Shown here: one piece after another, positions 17,377-26,097 of the stretch
Layout: every line of letters starts with the position of its first letter
Numbering within the stretch: the first letter of the stretch is position 1
Assembly (NCBI GenBank): GCA_934463175.1
Contig: CAKSIW010000002.1
Coordinates: 11,127 to 75,126, forward strand
From: an uncultured Clostridia bacterium
GTDB taxonomy: Bacteria; Bacillota; Clostridia; Monoglobales; Monoglobaceae
Direction: 5' to 3'
Length of the DNA: 64,000 nt
Notes under the pieces: model-generated
The model's database searches: none
What the model was told of the DNA's origin: nothing
What the model saw: only the letters and a program-made list of their open reading frames with translations
Made by a program: the position numbers and the translations under genes

Positions 17377-18245
17377 AAAAAAACGAAACAATTGAATGCC
17401 GTGCAAAAATAAATCTTTCGCTTGATGTCATCGGTCAAAGACCTGACGGCTATCACAATCTTGAAATGCTCATGCAGGAGGTCGCTCTTTGTGACATTCT
17501 CAACATCACAGCCGACACAGAATCGGAGGGAATTGAGATTTTCTGCGCCGACCCGCATGTTCCGTGCAATTCGGATAATCTTGCCGCAAAAGCCGCACTT
17601 GCATATCTTGCTGCCGCAGAAATTCAGGCAGGAGTGAAAATCAGCATTGAAAAGCACATTCCAATGGGAGCAGGACTTGGCGGCGGCTCGTCTGACGCCG
17701 CAGGAGTTCTTTCGGCTCTGAACGCTGTTTTCGGAAACCGTCTCGCCTTTGACAGACTTTCCGAAATTGCCGCCTCTCTCGGCTCTGATGTGCCGTTTTT
17801 TCTCCACGGCGGCTGTATGCTTGCAGCAGGAATCGGAACGGAGCTGAAACGCATACCGTCTCTTTCACGTTCCCTTCACATTCTCATTGCAAAACCCGAC
17901 ATTCATGTTTCCACACCTCATGTCTATAAATCGCTCAGGCTTGACGAAAAAACAGTCCACCCCGACACACGCGGTGCAATTTCCGCTTTGGAGAACGGTG
18001 ATATTGAAGCCCTTGCTCGGTGCTGTGCAAATGTTCTTGAAACGGTTACTGCAGCGGAGTATGAAGAAATTAATGAATATAAAGCCATCATGTCGGACTT
18101 TGACGCGGTGTATTCCCTGATGAGCGGAAGCGGCTCGTCCGTATTCGGAATTTTCAACGAAAAAAAAGCCGCCGAAAGGGCGGCAGAAAGTTTTCGCCTG
18201 CGCACAAGCGAAGTGTTTCTGACAAAAGCTGCGGAGCAATGCTGA
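17373..18245 (+). CDS. ispE: 4-(cytidine 5'-diphospho)-2-C-methyl-D-erythritol kinase
   Basis: KINLSLDV..RPDGYH and the GHMP kinase motif PMGAGLGGGSSDAAG. Shares an ATGA overlap with the MATE gene. Confidence 0.9.
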   Translation: MKKNETIECRAKINLSLDVIGQRPDGYHNLEMLMQEVALCDILNITADTESEGIEIFCADPHVPCNSDNLAAKAALAYLAAAEIQAGVKISIEKHIPMGAGLGGGSSDAAGVLSALNAVFGNRLAFDRLSEIAASLGSDVPFFLHGGCMLAAGIGTELKRIPSLSRSLHILIAKPDIHVSTPHVYKSLRLDEKTVHPDTRGAISALENGDIEALARCCANVLETVTAAEYEEINEYKAIMSDFDAVYSLMSGSGSSVFGIFNEKKAAERAAESFRLRTSEVFLTKAAEQC

Positions 18246-18251
18246 AAGCAT

Positions 18252-19163
18252 TCATTCCGCAGCTTTTCTTTTATCCTCTTCAAGCTGAAGTCTCAGCTCC
18301 TCCAAGCTGTCAAAGGCTTTTATATCTCTCAGCCGACGCACAAACTCCAGTCTGATTTTTTCTCCGTAAAGGTCTCCGTCATAGCCGATAATGTTCGTTT
18401 CAATATTCTCCTCATCTGCCGCAACGGTCGGTTTTCTGCCGACATTCGTTATCCCTGCAAAGCTTTTGTCTTTAAACAAAACCTTTGTTTTATATACCCC
18501 CTCCCGAGGAATTGCCATTCCCCTCGGGATTTCAATGTTCACAGTCGGAAACCCGATTGTCCGTCCAAGCTGTCTGCCGCGGATAACCGTGCCTGAGACA
18601 GCATACGGTCTTCCCATCAGCACCTCCGCGCGTTCAACGTCTCCGCGCTTTATGAGTTCCCGTATCTGTGTGCTTGAAACCTCTCCGTCAAGCTCAACAC
18701 ATTCCTGCACAAACACGCGGATTCCAAGCTTTTTGCATTCCTCGCAAAGTCTTTTCGCATCACCCTCTGCACGGTAGCCAAAGGTATAGTTATATCCGAC
18801 AAAAACCGCCTCGGCATGATACTTTTCCTTCAGAAACCTTTGCACAAAGGTTTCACAGTCAAGCTTCATGAACTCCTCCGTGAAGCTTTCCGTGACAGCA
18901 AAATCCACGCCTGCATCGGCAAGCACCCGGAGTCTGTCCTCAAGATTGTTCACGCACTCGGCATTCTCCGCACTCATTGAAGGCGGAAGCTCAAAAAGCT
19001 GAACAAGCACCTTTTTGCCGACTGAATGTGCATATTCCGCCGCACGGCTGATGATTCTCATATGCCCGATGTGCAATGCGTCAAATGCTCCGAGTGCCGC
19101 AACGCAGCCCCCCGGGATATACTTTTCAAAATCTGCCGCACTTGTCAAAGTTATCATCAGCAC
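18252..19163 (-). CDS. ribF: bifunctional riboflavin kinase / FMN adenylyltransferase
   Basis: GAFDALHIGH at the N-terminus and a riboflavin-kinase domain (GFPTVN, GDLYG). Last gene of the nusA-infB operon. Confidence 0.9.
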   Translation of the reverse strand: MLMITLTSAADFEKYIPGGCVAALGAFDALHIGHMRIISRAAEYAHSVGKKVLVQLFELPPSMSAENAECVNNLEDRLRVLADAGVDFAVTESFTEEFMKLDCETFVQRFLKEKYHAEAVFVGYNYTFGYRAEGDAKRLCEECKKLGIRVFVQECVELDGEVSSTQIRELIKRGDVERAEVLMGRPYAVSGTVIRGRQLGRTIGFPTVNIEIPRGMAIPREGVYKTKVLFKDKSFAGITNVGRKPTVAADEENIETNIIGYDGDLYGEKIRLEFVRRLRDIKAFDSLEELRLQLEEDKRKAAE

Positions 19164-20041
19164 ACCTCACCGAAAAATCTCTTGATTACCGCAGTTCTGC
19201 CCGATTCCTGCTTTGCCAGCGCGAGAAATTCACCGCTCTCATCAAACAGACGGTATGTGCAGCCCTCGGCAAGCCCCTGAACCGCAATTCCCATTCCGTG
19301 TCTGACCCTCCATGCATTGCGCTCCGCAAGCACGACTTTTTCATATTCGGAAAGTGCCTCGCCAATCGGTATTATAAAGCTGAAATCGCCGCGCGCGGTC
19401 ATCTCTTCAAGCTCCTCAAGCGTGTGCGAATTTTCAAGCGTGAACCTGCCCGACCTTGTTCTGACAAGAGAGGACATATACCCTCCGCAGCCAAGCTTCT
19501 CACCGATGTCATTGCACAGCGTCCGAATGTATGTGCCCTTTGAGCAGGCAATTTTCATTCCGACCGTGTGCCGCACCGTGTCAATCTCTTCAATTCCAAT
19601 CGAATGCACCGTCACGGGGCGCGGCGTGCGTTCAACCGTTTTTCCTTCGCGTGCAAGCTCATAAAGCTTTTTTCCGTCAACTCTGACTGCCGAATACATT
19701 GGCGGAAGCTGCATTATGTCTCCGACAAAGCTTTCTGCCGCACTTCGGATTTGCGCCTCGTCTGCATTAACCTCAAACCGCTTCAGCACCTCACCGCCCG
19801 CGTCCTGAGTGTCTGTGACCGCGCCGAGTGTCATGACCGTGCGATATTCCTTGTCGCTTGCCGTGAGATATTCGGCAAGCTTTGTCGCTCTTCCGGCACA
19901 CATTGGCAAAACTCCCGACGCGTCTGGGTCAAGAGTTCCCGTATGTCCGATTTTCTTCATATCAAGAATTCTTCTGAGCCTGTTCACAACATCATGTGAT
20001 GTCATGCCGACAGGCTTGTTCACATTGACAATTCCGTTCAT
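19157..20041 (-). CDS. truB: tRNA pseudouridine(55) synthase
   Basis: GHTGTLDPDASGVLP catalytic motif plus a PUA-like C-terminus. Confidence 0.9.
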   Translation of the reverse strand: MNGIVNVNKPVGMTSHDVVNRLRRILDMKKIGHTGTLDPDASGVLPMCAGRATKLAEYLTASDKEYRTVMTLGAVTDTQDAGGEVLKRFEVNADEAQIRSAAESFVGDIMQLPPMYSAVRVDGKKLYELAREGKTVERTPRPVTVHSIGIEEIDTVRHTVGMKIACSKGTYIRTLCNDIGEKLGCGGYMSSLVRTRSGRFTLENSHTLEELEEMTARGDFSFIIPIGEALSEYEKVVLAERNAWRVRHGMGIAVQGLAEGCTYRLFDESGEFLALAKQESGRTAVIKRFFGEVC

Positions 20042-21009
20042 TTTTCCGTATCCCCCCGATGCTCTCCGAGAACGGCAGCAATTGCCGCAATCACCTCACG
20101 CTTTGCCTCGTCAAGCGGTCTGTATACGGTAAAACCCGCAGCTCTGACATGACCGCCGCCGCCGAACGACATTGCAATTTCAGCCACATTGGCACTGCCG
20201 TTCGACCTCAGACTGACCTTGAACTCATTCTCGCCCCGCTGCCGCATATAAATGCCGACCTCAACGCCCTCAACACATGCAGGAAGCGTCACAATTGCGT
20301 CCGCCTGCTTCTCATCAATTCCCAAAGACGCAAAATCGTCATTGGTGAACGCAAGCAGCGCAATTTTTCCGTCCGAATACATTTCAAGGCATTCAATCCC
20401 CTTTTTATATGCATGGAGATATGAAAAGCTCTTTGTGTCGAATATCTTTTTTGAAATCTCTGCAAAATCAATGCCCGTTTTCATCAGTTCTGCCGCCGCC
20501 GCATGGGATTTCGGCGTGGTTGACGAATATTTGAAGCTGCCCGTATCACAGATAATCGCAAGATACAGATTGTTTGCAATGTCTGCTGTCAGCTCGGCTC
20601 CGATTGCGCGCACAAGGTCAAAAACAATCTCCCCTGCCGCAGGTGCGGACGGAACAACAACCGTCACATCGGCAAAGCTTTTGTGCGTCACATGATGGTC
20701 AATCGCAGCCGTTGTGCCGCAAAAGCTGTCCTCAAGCGCACCAAGCCTTGATTTCTCCGCGCAGTCAACCGCAATCTTCAAATCACAGTCTTCAATGCGC
20801 AGTCCGCAGCGTTCCGTGCCTTTCAGAAGCTTGTATTCACGCGAGTTTTCATCACCCTCACGTAAGAACACCTCCGCCTGCTTTCCCATACCGCAAAGCA
20901 TGAGCTTCAAGCCATATGCACTGCCGAAGGCATCGCCGTCGGGGTGCTCATGATTGAAAATCGCAATTTTTTCCGCCGCATTGATTTGCTCTATCAGTTT
21001 TTCAAACAT
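20038..21009 (-). CDS. nrnA: DHH/DHHA1 phosphoesterase (NrnA-type oligoribonuclease/pAp phosphatase)
   Basis: NHEHPDGDAFGS, IDHH, and C-terminal GGGGH (DHHA1). Confidence 0.85.
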   Translation of the reverse strand: MFEKLIEQINAAEKIAIFNHEHPDGDAFGSAYGLKLMLCGMGKQAEVFLREGDENSREYKLLKGTERCGLRIEDCDLKIAVDCAEKSRLGALEDSFCGTTAAIDHHVTHKSFADVTVVVPSAPAAGEIVFDLVRAIGAELTADIANNLYLAIICDTGSFKYSSTTPKSHAAAAELMKTGIDFAEISKKIFDTKSFSYLHAYKKGIECLEMYSDGKIALLAFTNDDFASLGIDEKQADAIVTLPACVEGVEVGIYMRQRGENEFKVSLRSNGSANVAEIAMSFGGGGHVRAAGFTVYRPLDEAKREVIAAIAAVLGEHRGDTEK

Positions 21010-21023
21010 ACCGTATCTGTCTC

Positions 21024-21362
21024 CTACAGGTTCTTCAGAACCTCATTTATATGCGCGCCGTATTCAATCGAATTGTCAAGCACAAATGTGAACTCGGGAA
21101 CAATTCTCAGTCTGATTCGGCTGCCGATCTCGCGGCGGACAAAGCCTGCCGCGCTCTTCAAAGCGTCAAGCGCCGCCTTCTGCTCTGCCTCGTTCCCCAT
21201 AACGCTCACAAATGCCTTTGCAAACTTCAAATCCTTTGTGACGCGAACCCCGACAACCGAAACCATGACCTTCAGTCTCGGGTCCTTCAATTCGCGGATA
21301 ACCGCGCTCAATTCACGTTTTATTTCTTCAGAAATTCTGTCTGTTCTGCTGTATGCAGGCAT
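21024..21362 (-). CDS. rbfA: ribosome-binding factor A
   Basis: RTDRISEEIKRELS...DPRL...VTKDLKFAKAFVS. Confidence 0.9.
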   Translation of the reverse strand: MPAYSRTDRISEEIKRELSAVIRELKDPRLKVMVSVVGVRVTKDLKFAKAFVSVMGNEAEQKAALDALKSAAGFVRREIGSRIRLRIVPEFTFVLDNSIEYGAHINEVLKNL

Positions 21363-21386
21363 AACCGCACTTCCCTTCGCTGAAAT

Positions 21387-23657
21387 TTACGGCATAATCT
21401 GTTCCATAACATAAGCCTCAACAACATCGCCTTCCTTGATGTCATTGAACTTGTCAATGCTGACGCCGCATTCATATCCGCTTGCGACCTCTTTCACATC
21501 ATCTTTGAAACGCTTCAGCGAGCCAAGCTCTCCCTCGTGTATGACGATGCCGTCACGTACAACACGAACAAGGCTGTTTCTCTGTATCTTTCCGTCCGTG
21601 ACATATGCGCCGCCGATTGTGCCGACGCCCGAAACCTTGAAGGTTGTTCTGATTTCAATATGTCCCGTGACAGATTCGCGGAATTTCGGAGCAAGCATAC
21701 CCTTCATTGCCGCCTCAATATCCTCAATTGCATCATATATAACCCTATACAGGCGAATGTCAACATCTGAGCTTTCCGCCGTTGTTGTCGCACCGGGTGT
21801 CGGACGGACATTAAAGCCGACAATAATTGCATTTGACGCACTCGCAAGCATGACATCGGACTCGTTAACCGCACCGACAGCACCGTGAATGACATTCACT
21901 CTGACCTCATCATTTGTGATTCTTTCAAGCGATTGGCGGACTGCCTCAACAGAACCCTGAACATCTGCTTTCACGATTATGTTGAGATCCTTCATCTTGC
22001 CCGCTTCTATCTGCTCAAACAGATTTTCAAGAGAAACCGCATGCGTTGCCTTCTGAGCCTCCTGCTTCTGCTTGAACTTTCTTGCCTCAACAACCTCGCG
22101 CGCCTTTCTCTCGTCCTCAACGGCATAGAACACATCTCCGCCCTCGGGAACCTCGGAAAGACCGAGAATCTCAACAGGGATTGAAGGACCTGCCTTCTTA
22201 ATCTGCTTTCCTTTGTCGTCAACCATTGCGCGGACTCTGCCGACAGCAGTTCCCGCAACAACAATATCGCCGACCCTGAGCGTTCCGTTCTGAACAAGCA
22301 GCGTCGCAACAGGTCCTCTGCCCTTGTCAAGCTGTGCCTCAATGACAGTTCCCTTTGCATGGCGGTTCGGATTTGCCTTAAGCTCCTTCATCTCCGCAAC
22401 AAGAAGAACCATGTCCAAAAGCGTGTCAATGTTCTGCTTTTTCTTCGCGGAAACCTCAACGCATATTGTGTCGCCGCCCCATTCCTCGGGAACAAGTCCA
22501 TATTCCGTCAGCTCCTGACGAACCTTGTCGGGGTTTGCCCCCTCCTTGTCAATCTTATTTATCGCGACTATAATCGAAACATTTGCCGCCTTGGCATGGT
22601 TGATCGCCTCAACCGTCTGCGGCATGATTCCGTCATCCGCCGCAACAACCAGAATTGCAATATCCGTAACAAGCGCACCTCTCGCACGCATTGCAGTGAA
22701 CGCCTCATGTCCCGGGGTGTCAAGGAAGGTTATTTTCTTATCCTTTGCACGGACGCGGTATGCGCCGATGTGCTGTGTGATTCCTCCGAACTCACCCTCT
22801 GTTACGTTTGTGTTTCTGATGGTGTCGAGAAGCGATGTTTTTCCGTGGTCAACGTGTCCCATGACAACAACAACAGGCGAACGCGGAACCAAAGACTCCT
22901 CCGAATCCTCGGTGTCATTGAATAGTTTATCCTCTTCCGTGAGAATTATTTCATGTTCAACCTTTCCGCCGAAATCCTCAACAATGAGAGATGCCGTGTC
23001 AAAGTCGAGTGTTTCATTCACAGACGCCATGATTCCGAGCATCATCAGCTTTTTGATTACCTCGGTTGACGGTTTTTTCATTCTTTCCGCAAGCTCTCCG
23101 ACCGTAATCGAATCGGGCACAAGGACCTCAAGACTCTCTTTCTTCTCTTTCTTGACAGGCTTGTCAAGAGCCTTTTGTCCCTGCTGCTTCTCCTTGACAA
23201 GCTTGCTCTTTTTGTTGCCGGTCTTGATTTTCTGCTTTGCCGTGCCGCCCTCCTTGACATTCTCGGGTATGAGCTCCTCCAGCTTCTCGTTATCAAGCCT
23301 GTCAAGGTCAACAGCGTTCACGCGTGTGTCAACAACTCTTGTCTTGCGCACGGAAACGGTCTCCTCGACAACAACCTCAGCCTCGGTCGGCTGTTCCGCC
23401 TCCTCAGCCTTGCTGCCGTCTTCCTTTTTGTCACTCGGCTTTTCAGCAGCCTTTGCCGCCTCCGCACTGAACAGAGCGGAGAAATCCTTCACCTGGTTTT
23501 TCTGCGTATAATACTCAAAAATAACGTCAAGCTCTTTTTCATCAAGCGCACTCATATGGTTTTTCTCCGACACTCCGTAGTCGTGCAGAACCTTCACAAT
23601 CTCCTTGCTCGGCACTCCCAGTCCTTTTGAAATCTCATATGCTTTTATTTTCGTCAT
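21387..23657 (-). CDS. infB: translation initiation factor IF-2
   Basis: GTPase motifs [24 protein letters not shown]. The N-terminus [14 protein letters not shown] is typical, so I prefer ATG 23657 over GTG 23702. Confidence 0.95.
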   Translation of the reverse strand: MTKIKAYEISKGLGVPSKEIVKVLHDYGVSEKNHMSALDEKELDVIFEYYTQKNQVKDFSALFSAEAAKAAEKPSDKKEDGSKAEEAEQPTEAEVVVEETVSVRKTRVVDTRVNAVDLDRLDNEKLEELIPENVKEGGTAKQKIKTGNKKSKLVKEKQQGQKALDKPVKKEKKESLEVLVPDSITVGELAERMKKPSTEVIKKLMMLGIMASVNETLDFDTASLIVEDFGGKVEHEIILTEEDKLFNDTEDSEESLVPRSPVVVVMGHVDHGKTSLLDTIRNTNVTEGEFGGITQHIGAYRVRAKDKKITFLDTPGHEAFTAMRARGALVTDIAILVVAADDGIMPQTVEAINHAKAANVSIIVAINKIDKEGANPDKVRQELTEYGLVPEEWGGDTICVEVSAKKKQNIDTLLDMVLLVAEMKELKANPNRHAKGTVIEAQLDKGRGPVATLLVQNGTLRVGDIVVAGTAVGRVRAMVDDKGKQIKKAGPSIPVEILGLSEVPEGGDVFYAVEDERKAREVVEARKFKQKQEAQKATHAVSLENLFEQIEAGKMKDLNIIVKADVQGSVEAVRQSLERITNDEVRVNVIHGAVGAVNESDVMLASASNAIIVGFNVRPTPGATTTAESSDVDIRLYRVIYDAIEDIEAAMKGMLAPKFRESVTGHIEIRTTFKVSGVGTIGGAYVTDGKIQRNSLVRVVRDGIVIHEGELGSLKRFKDDVKEVASGYECGVSIDKFNDIKEGDVVEAYVMEQIMP

Positions 23658-23738
23658 ATTCCCATCAACGCCTTTCTGCCCGCAAATAGCCTTAAAACTC
23701 ACGTCTTACCGCAGGCAGATAAGCCGTGTTATGAAATC

Positions 23739-24038
23739 CTATTCCGTCTTGGTCAGGCTTTTTGCAAAGCCCTCGTCCTTCACCGCAACAACAACAGCAA
23801 ATTCCCTTCCCGTGCTGCGTCCAAGCTCCGTCCGGCATCCGCGGACAACCAGCTCGGTTTTGTGATGTATGCAGCCGTTTTCAAACCTTTTTTTCGTGTT
23901 GTCCGATGCGTCCTCCGCCAGAACAACAAGCCGTGCCGCTCCGCGTCTCAGACAGTCCAATGCCGCTCCCTCGCCGACGGCACACCGACCTGCGCGGTGC
24001 GCAAGCCCAAGTGTCCCGAAAAATCTGTTGTTATGCAT
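23739..24038 (-). CDS. ylxQ: L7Ae/L30e-family RNA-binding protein YlxQ
   Basis: GLAHRAGRCAVGEGA...LVVLAEDAS pattern. The ATG overlaps the ylxR stop; GAGGA lies 10 nt upstream. Confidence 0.8.
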   Translation of the reverse strand: MHNNRFFGTLGLAHRAGRCAVGEGAALDCLRRGAARLVVLAEDASDNTKKRFENGCIHHKTELVVRGCRTELGRSTGREFAVVVAVKDEGFAKSLTKTE

Positions 24039-24282
24039 TATCAATCATTTCCTCTAATTTATCGTATACGCAGGCATCAATCCGCCCAGAGAAGCTTCTT
24101 TCAAAAGCCCGCAGCTTCCTTGCTCTTGACAGGCAATCCGCACACTTGCATATATATGCGCCCCGTCCCTGCACCCTGAAGGTTGGGTCAAGCCCGCATT
24201 CTCCGCCGCGTCTCACAAGGCGAATCAGCTCCTCCTTCGGCTTCATCTGTCTGCAAACAACGCACATTCTCTGTGAAACCAT
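24031..24282 (-). CDS. ylxR: YlxR/RnpM family (DUF448) RNA-binding protein
   Basis: RMCVVCRQ...GRGAYIC motif. Positioned between nusA and ylxQ. Confidence 0.85.
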   Translation of the reverse strand: MVSQRMCVVCRQMKPKEELIRLVRRGGECGLDPTFRVQGRGAYICKCADCLSRARKLRAFERSFSGRIDACVYDKLEEMIDNA

Positions 24283-24298
24283 AAAGCACCGCTCCCTG

Positions 24299-25342
24299 CT
24301 ATTCCGCGGTTTCTTCGCTGTCCTCGGGCTTCAGGTCGATTTTCCAGCCCGTGAGTCTTGCGGCAAGCCTTGCATTCTGTCCCTCCTTGCCGATTGCCAG
24401 TGAAAGCTGGTCGGCAGGAACAATGACACTGCACATTTTCTTTTCTTCATCAACCGTAATCGAAACAACCTGTGCCGGGCTGAGTGCCTGCGTGATATAT
24501 TCGGCAGGGTCGTCACTGTAGCGGATAATGTCAATCTTTTCTCCGCGCAGCTCGTCAATGACAGCCTGAACTCTCATTCCCTTCGGACCTATGCATGTTC
24601 CGACAGGGTCAACATTCGGCACGGTTGATGCAACCGCAAGCTTGCTTCTTGAACCCGGCTCACGTGTCAGCCCCTTGATTTCAATGATTCCGCTCTTGAT
24701 TTCCGGAACCTCCAGCTCAAACAGACGGCGTACAAGCCCCGGGTGCGAACGCGACACAACAAGATGAACGCCCTTCACGGAATTTGCGACCTCAACCACA
24801 AACACCTTATATTTTGCGCCCACTCTGTAGTTATCATTCTTGACCTGCTCGTTCGGCATGAGAACCGATTCGGTGTCGCCGACCTCCAGCATGATGTTTC
24901 TGCGGTCGATTTTTCTGACCGTCGCGGTCATAATGTCGTTTTCGCGGTCCGAGAACTTGTCAAAAGCCTTCTCACGCTCCGCCTCGCGTATTCTTTGCAG
25001 AACAACCTGACGCGCCGTCTGCGCCGCAATTCTGCCGAATGCATTCGGCGTCACCTCGGTTTCAAGAACGTCCCCCGCCTCATATCTCGGGTCAACCTTC
25101 TTCGCGTCCTCAACCGAAACCTCACATTCCCTGTTTTCAACATCTTCAACAACGTTTTTGCGCGCATAAACCTTTATGCTTCCCGTCTCCTCGTCAATCA
25201 GCACCTTTGCGTCCTGAACCGCACCGAAATTTTTTCTGTAGGCACTGAGAAGCGCACTGCTGAGCGCCTCAATGACAATATCCTTGCTGATCCCCTTTTC
25301 CTTTTCAATTTCATCAAGCAGCATAAACAATTCCGAACTCAT
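24299..25342 (-). CDS. nusA: transcription termination/antitermination factor NusA
   Basis: N-terminal SSELFMLLDEIEKEKGISKD, an S1 domain and two KH domains (IGPKGMRVQ, AIGKEGQNARLA). Start is ATG 25342, or alternatively GTG 25351. Confidence 0.95.
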   Translation of the reverse strand: MSSELFMLLDEIEKEKGISKDIVIEALSSALLSAYRKNFGAVQDAKVLIDEETGSIKVYARKNVVEDVENRECEVSVEDAKKVDPRYEAGDVLETEVTPNAFGRIAAQTARQVVLQRIREAEREKAFDKFSDRENDIMTATVRKIDRRNIMLEVGDTESVLMPNEQVKNDNYRVGAKYKVFVVEVANSVKGVHLVVSRSHPGLVRRLFELEVPEIKSGIIEIKGLTREPGSRSKLAVASTVPNVDPVGTCIGPKGMRVQAVIDELRGEKIDIIRYSDDPAEYITQALSPAQVVSITVDEEKKMCSVIVPADQLSLAIGKEGQNARLAARLTGWKIDLKPEDSEETAE

Positions 25343-25383
25343 TTTTTTCACTCATCTCCTGTTATATTTTTCAGATATATATG

Positions 25384-25845
25384 TTAAAAATCAAAATGCA
25401 GTCTGACATATGTTGTGTCAGCGAGAGGTATTTCCCTGTTTCCGTCGTCCGTCTCAACCGTGATGACCTTGCCGTCAAAGCCGCAAAGAACACCCGAAAG
25501 AGTCTTGCTTCCATCAACCGGTTTGAAAAGTCCGATGTCAATGACCGATCCTGAATAACGCTCAAAATGCTCTGCGCGTCTCAGCCTTCTCTCAACCCCT
25601 GGCGAGGAAACTTCAAGAATGTAGTTTTCCTTAATCGGGTCTGCACTGTCCAGCTTTCCGCTCATGCTGCGGCTCACCGTCTCGCACTCGTCAAGCGATA
25701 TGCCCTCCTCACGGTCAATGAACAGTCTCAGATACCTCGAGCTGCCCTCCTTCACATACTCAATGTCATATATGAAGCAGCCGTTCTCCTCCGCAATCGG
25801 CTCTGCCAGCTCCAGCACCGCCTTTTCAATCTTTGAATATGCCAT
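25384..25845 (-). CDS. rimP: ribosome maturation factor RimP
   Basis: 153 aa, ...YLRLFIDREEGISLDECE...LEVSSPG motif. RBS GGGAGGA. Confidence 0.9.
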   Translation of the reverse strand: MAYSKIEKAVLELAEPIAEENGCFIYDIEYVKEGSSRYLRLFIDREEGISLDECETVSRSMSGKLDSADPIKENYILEVSSPGVERRLRRAEHFERYSGSVIDIGLFKPVDGSKTLSGVLCGFDGKVITVETDDGNREIPLADTTYVRLHFDF

Positions 25846-25862
25846 ATGTCCTCCCGTTTAAT

Positions 25863-25894
25863 GCAAAAGAGTGAGGCTGCCCTCACTCTTTTGC
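25863..25894 (-). terminator. terminator-like hairpin in the rimP-nusA leader
   Basis: Minus strand AAAGAGUGAGG-gcag-CCUCACUCUUU followed by UGC (the U-run is shared with the stem). Lies between the promoter and the rimP RBS. Confidence 0.5.
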
Positions 25895-25914
25895 AACATT
25901 ATTCAAGCATATAT

Positions 25915-25943
25915 ATTATAACAGCTTTTCCGCATTCTGTCAA
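25915..25943 (-). promoter_or_regulatory. consensus sigma-A promoter of the rimP-nusA-infB operon
   Basis: Minus strand TTGACA-gaatgcgGAAAAGCTGT(17)-TATAAT. Confidence 0.65.
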
Positions 25944-26003
25944 GCACTTTTGCAAACCTTTAAGAATATTTTACCTTTTTCAAAATATTGTAGTGTCCCC
26001 CTA

Positions 26004-26032
26004 TTGACAAGCACAATATGTGGTGGTATAAT
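26004..26032 (+). promoter_or_regulatory. nrdDG promoter with an NrdR-box-like palindrome in the spacer
   Basis: TTGACA-17 nt-TATAAT. The spacer gCACAATATGTGGTGg (26011-26026) matches about 12 of 16 positions of the NrdR box consensus acaCwAtATaTwGtgt. Confidence 0.55.
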
Positions 26033-26097
26033 GAATATATCTGCAATTGTATAAACTGCATTAATACATTTTTCATTACGGAAAGGAATGCCGAAAA

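Noticed and set aside
18238-18258. Short hairpin AATGCT-gaa-AGCATT spanning the convergent ispE and ribF stop codons as a bidirectional terminator
   Set aside because: It has only a 6-bp AT-rich stem and no U-tracts on either side, which is too weak to call.
22525-23511. Long antisense ORFs opposite real genes (for example 22525..23511, 2076..2726, 7727..8500, 16435..17145, 35147..35713, 40723..41448, 48134..49093)
   Set aside because: Each lies entirely within, and antisense to, a gene with unmistakable family motifs (infB, ABC ATPase, pepP, MATE, mreD/mrdA, U32, secreted protein). Their products are low-complexity Ser/Arg/Pro-rich, which is typical of shadow ORFs in moderately GC-rich DNA.
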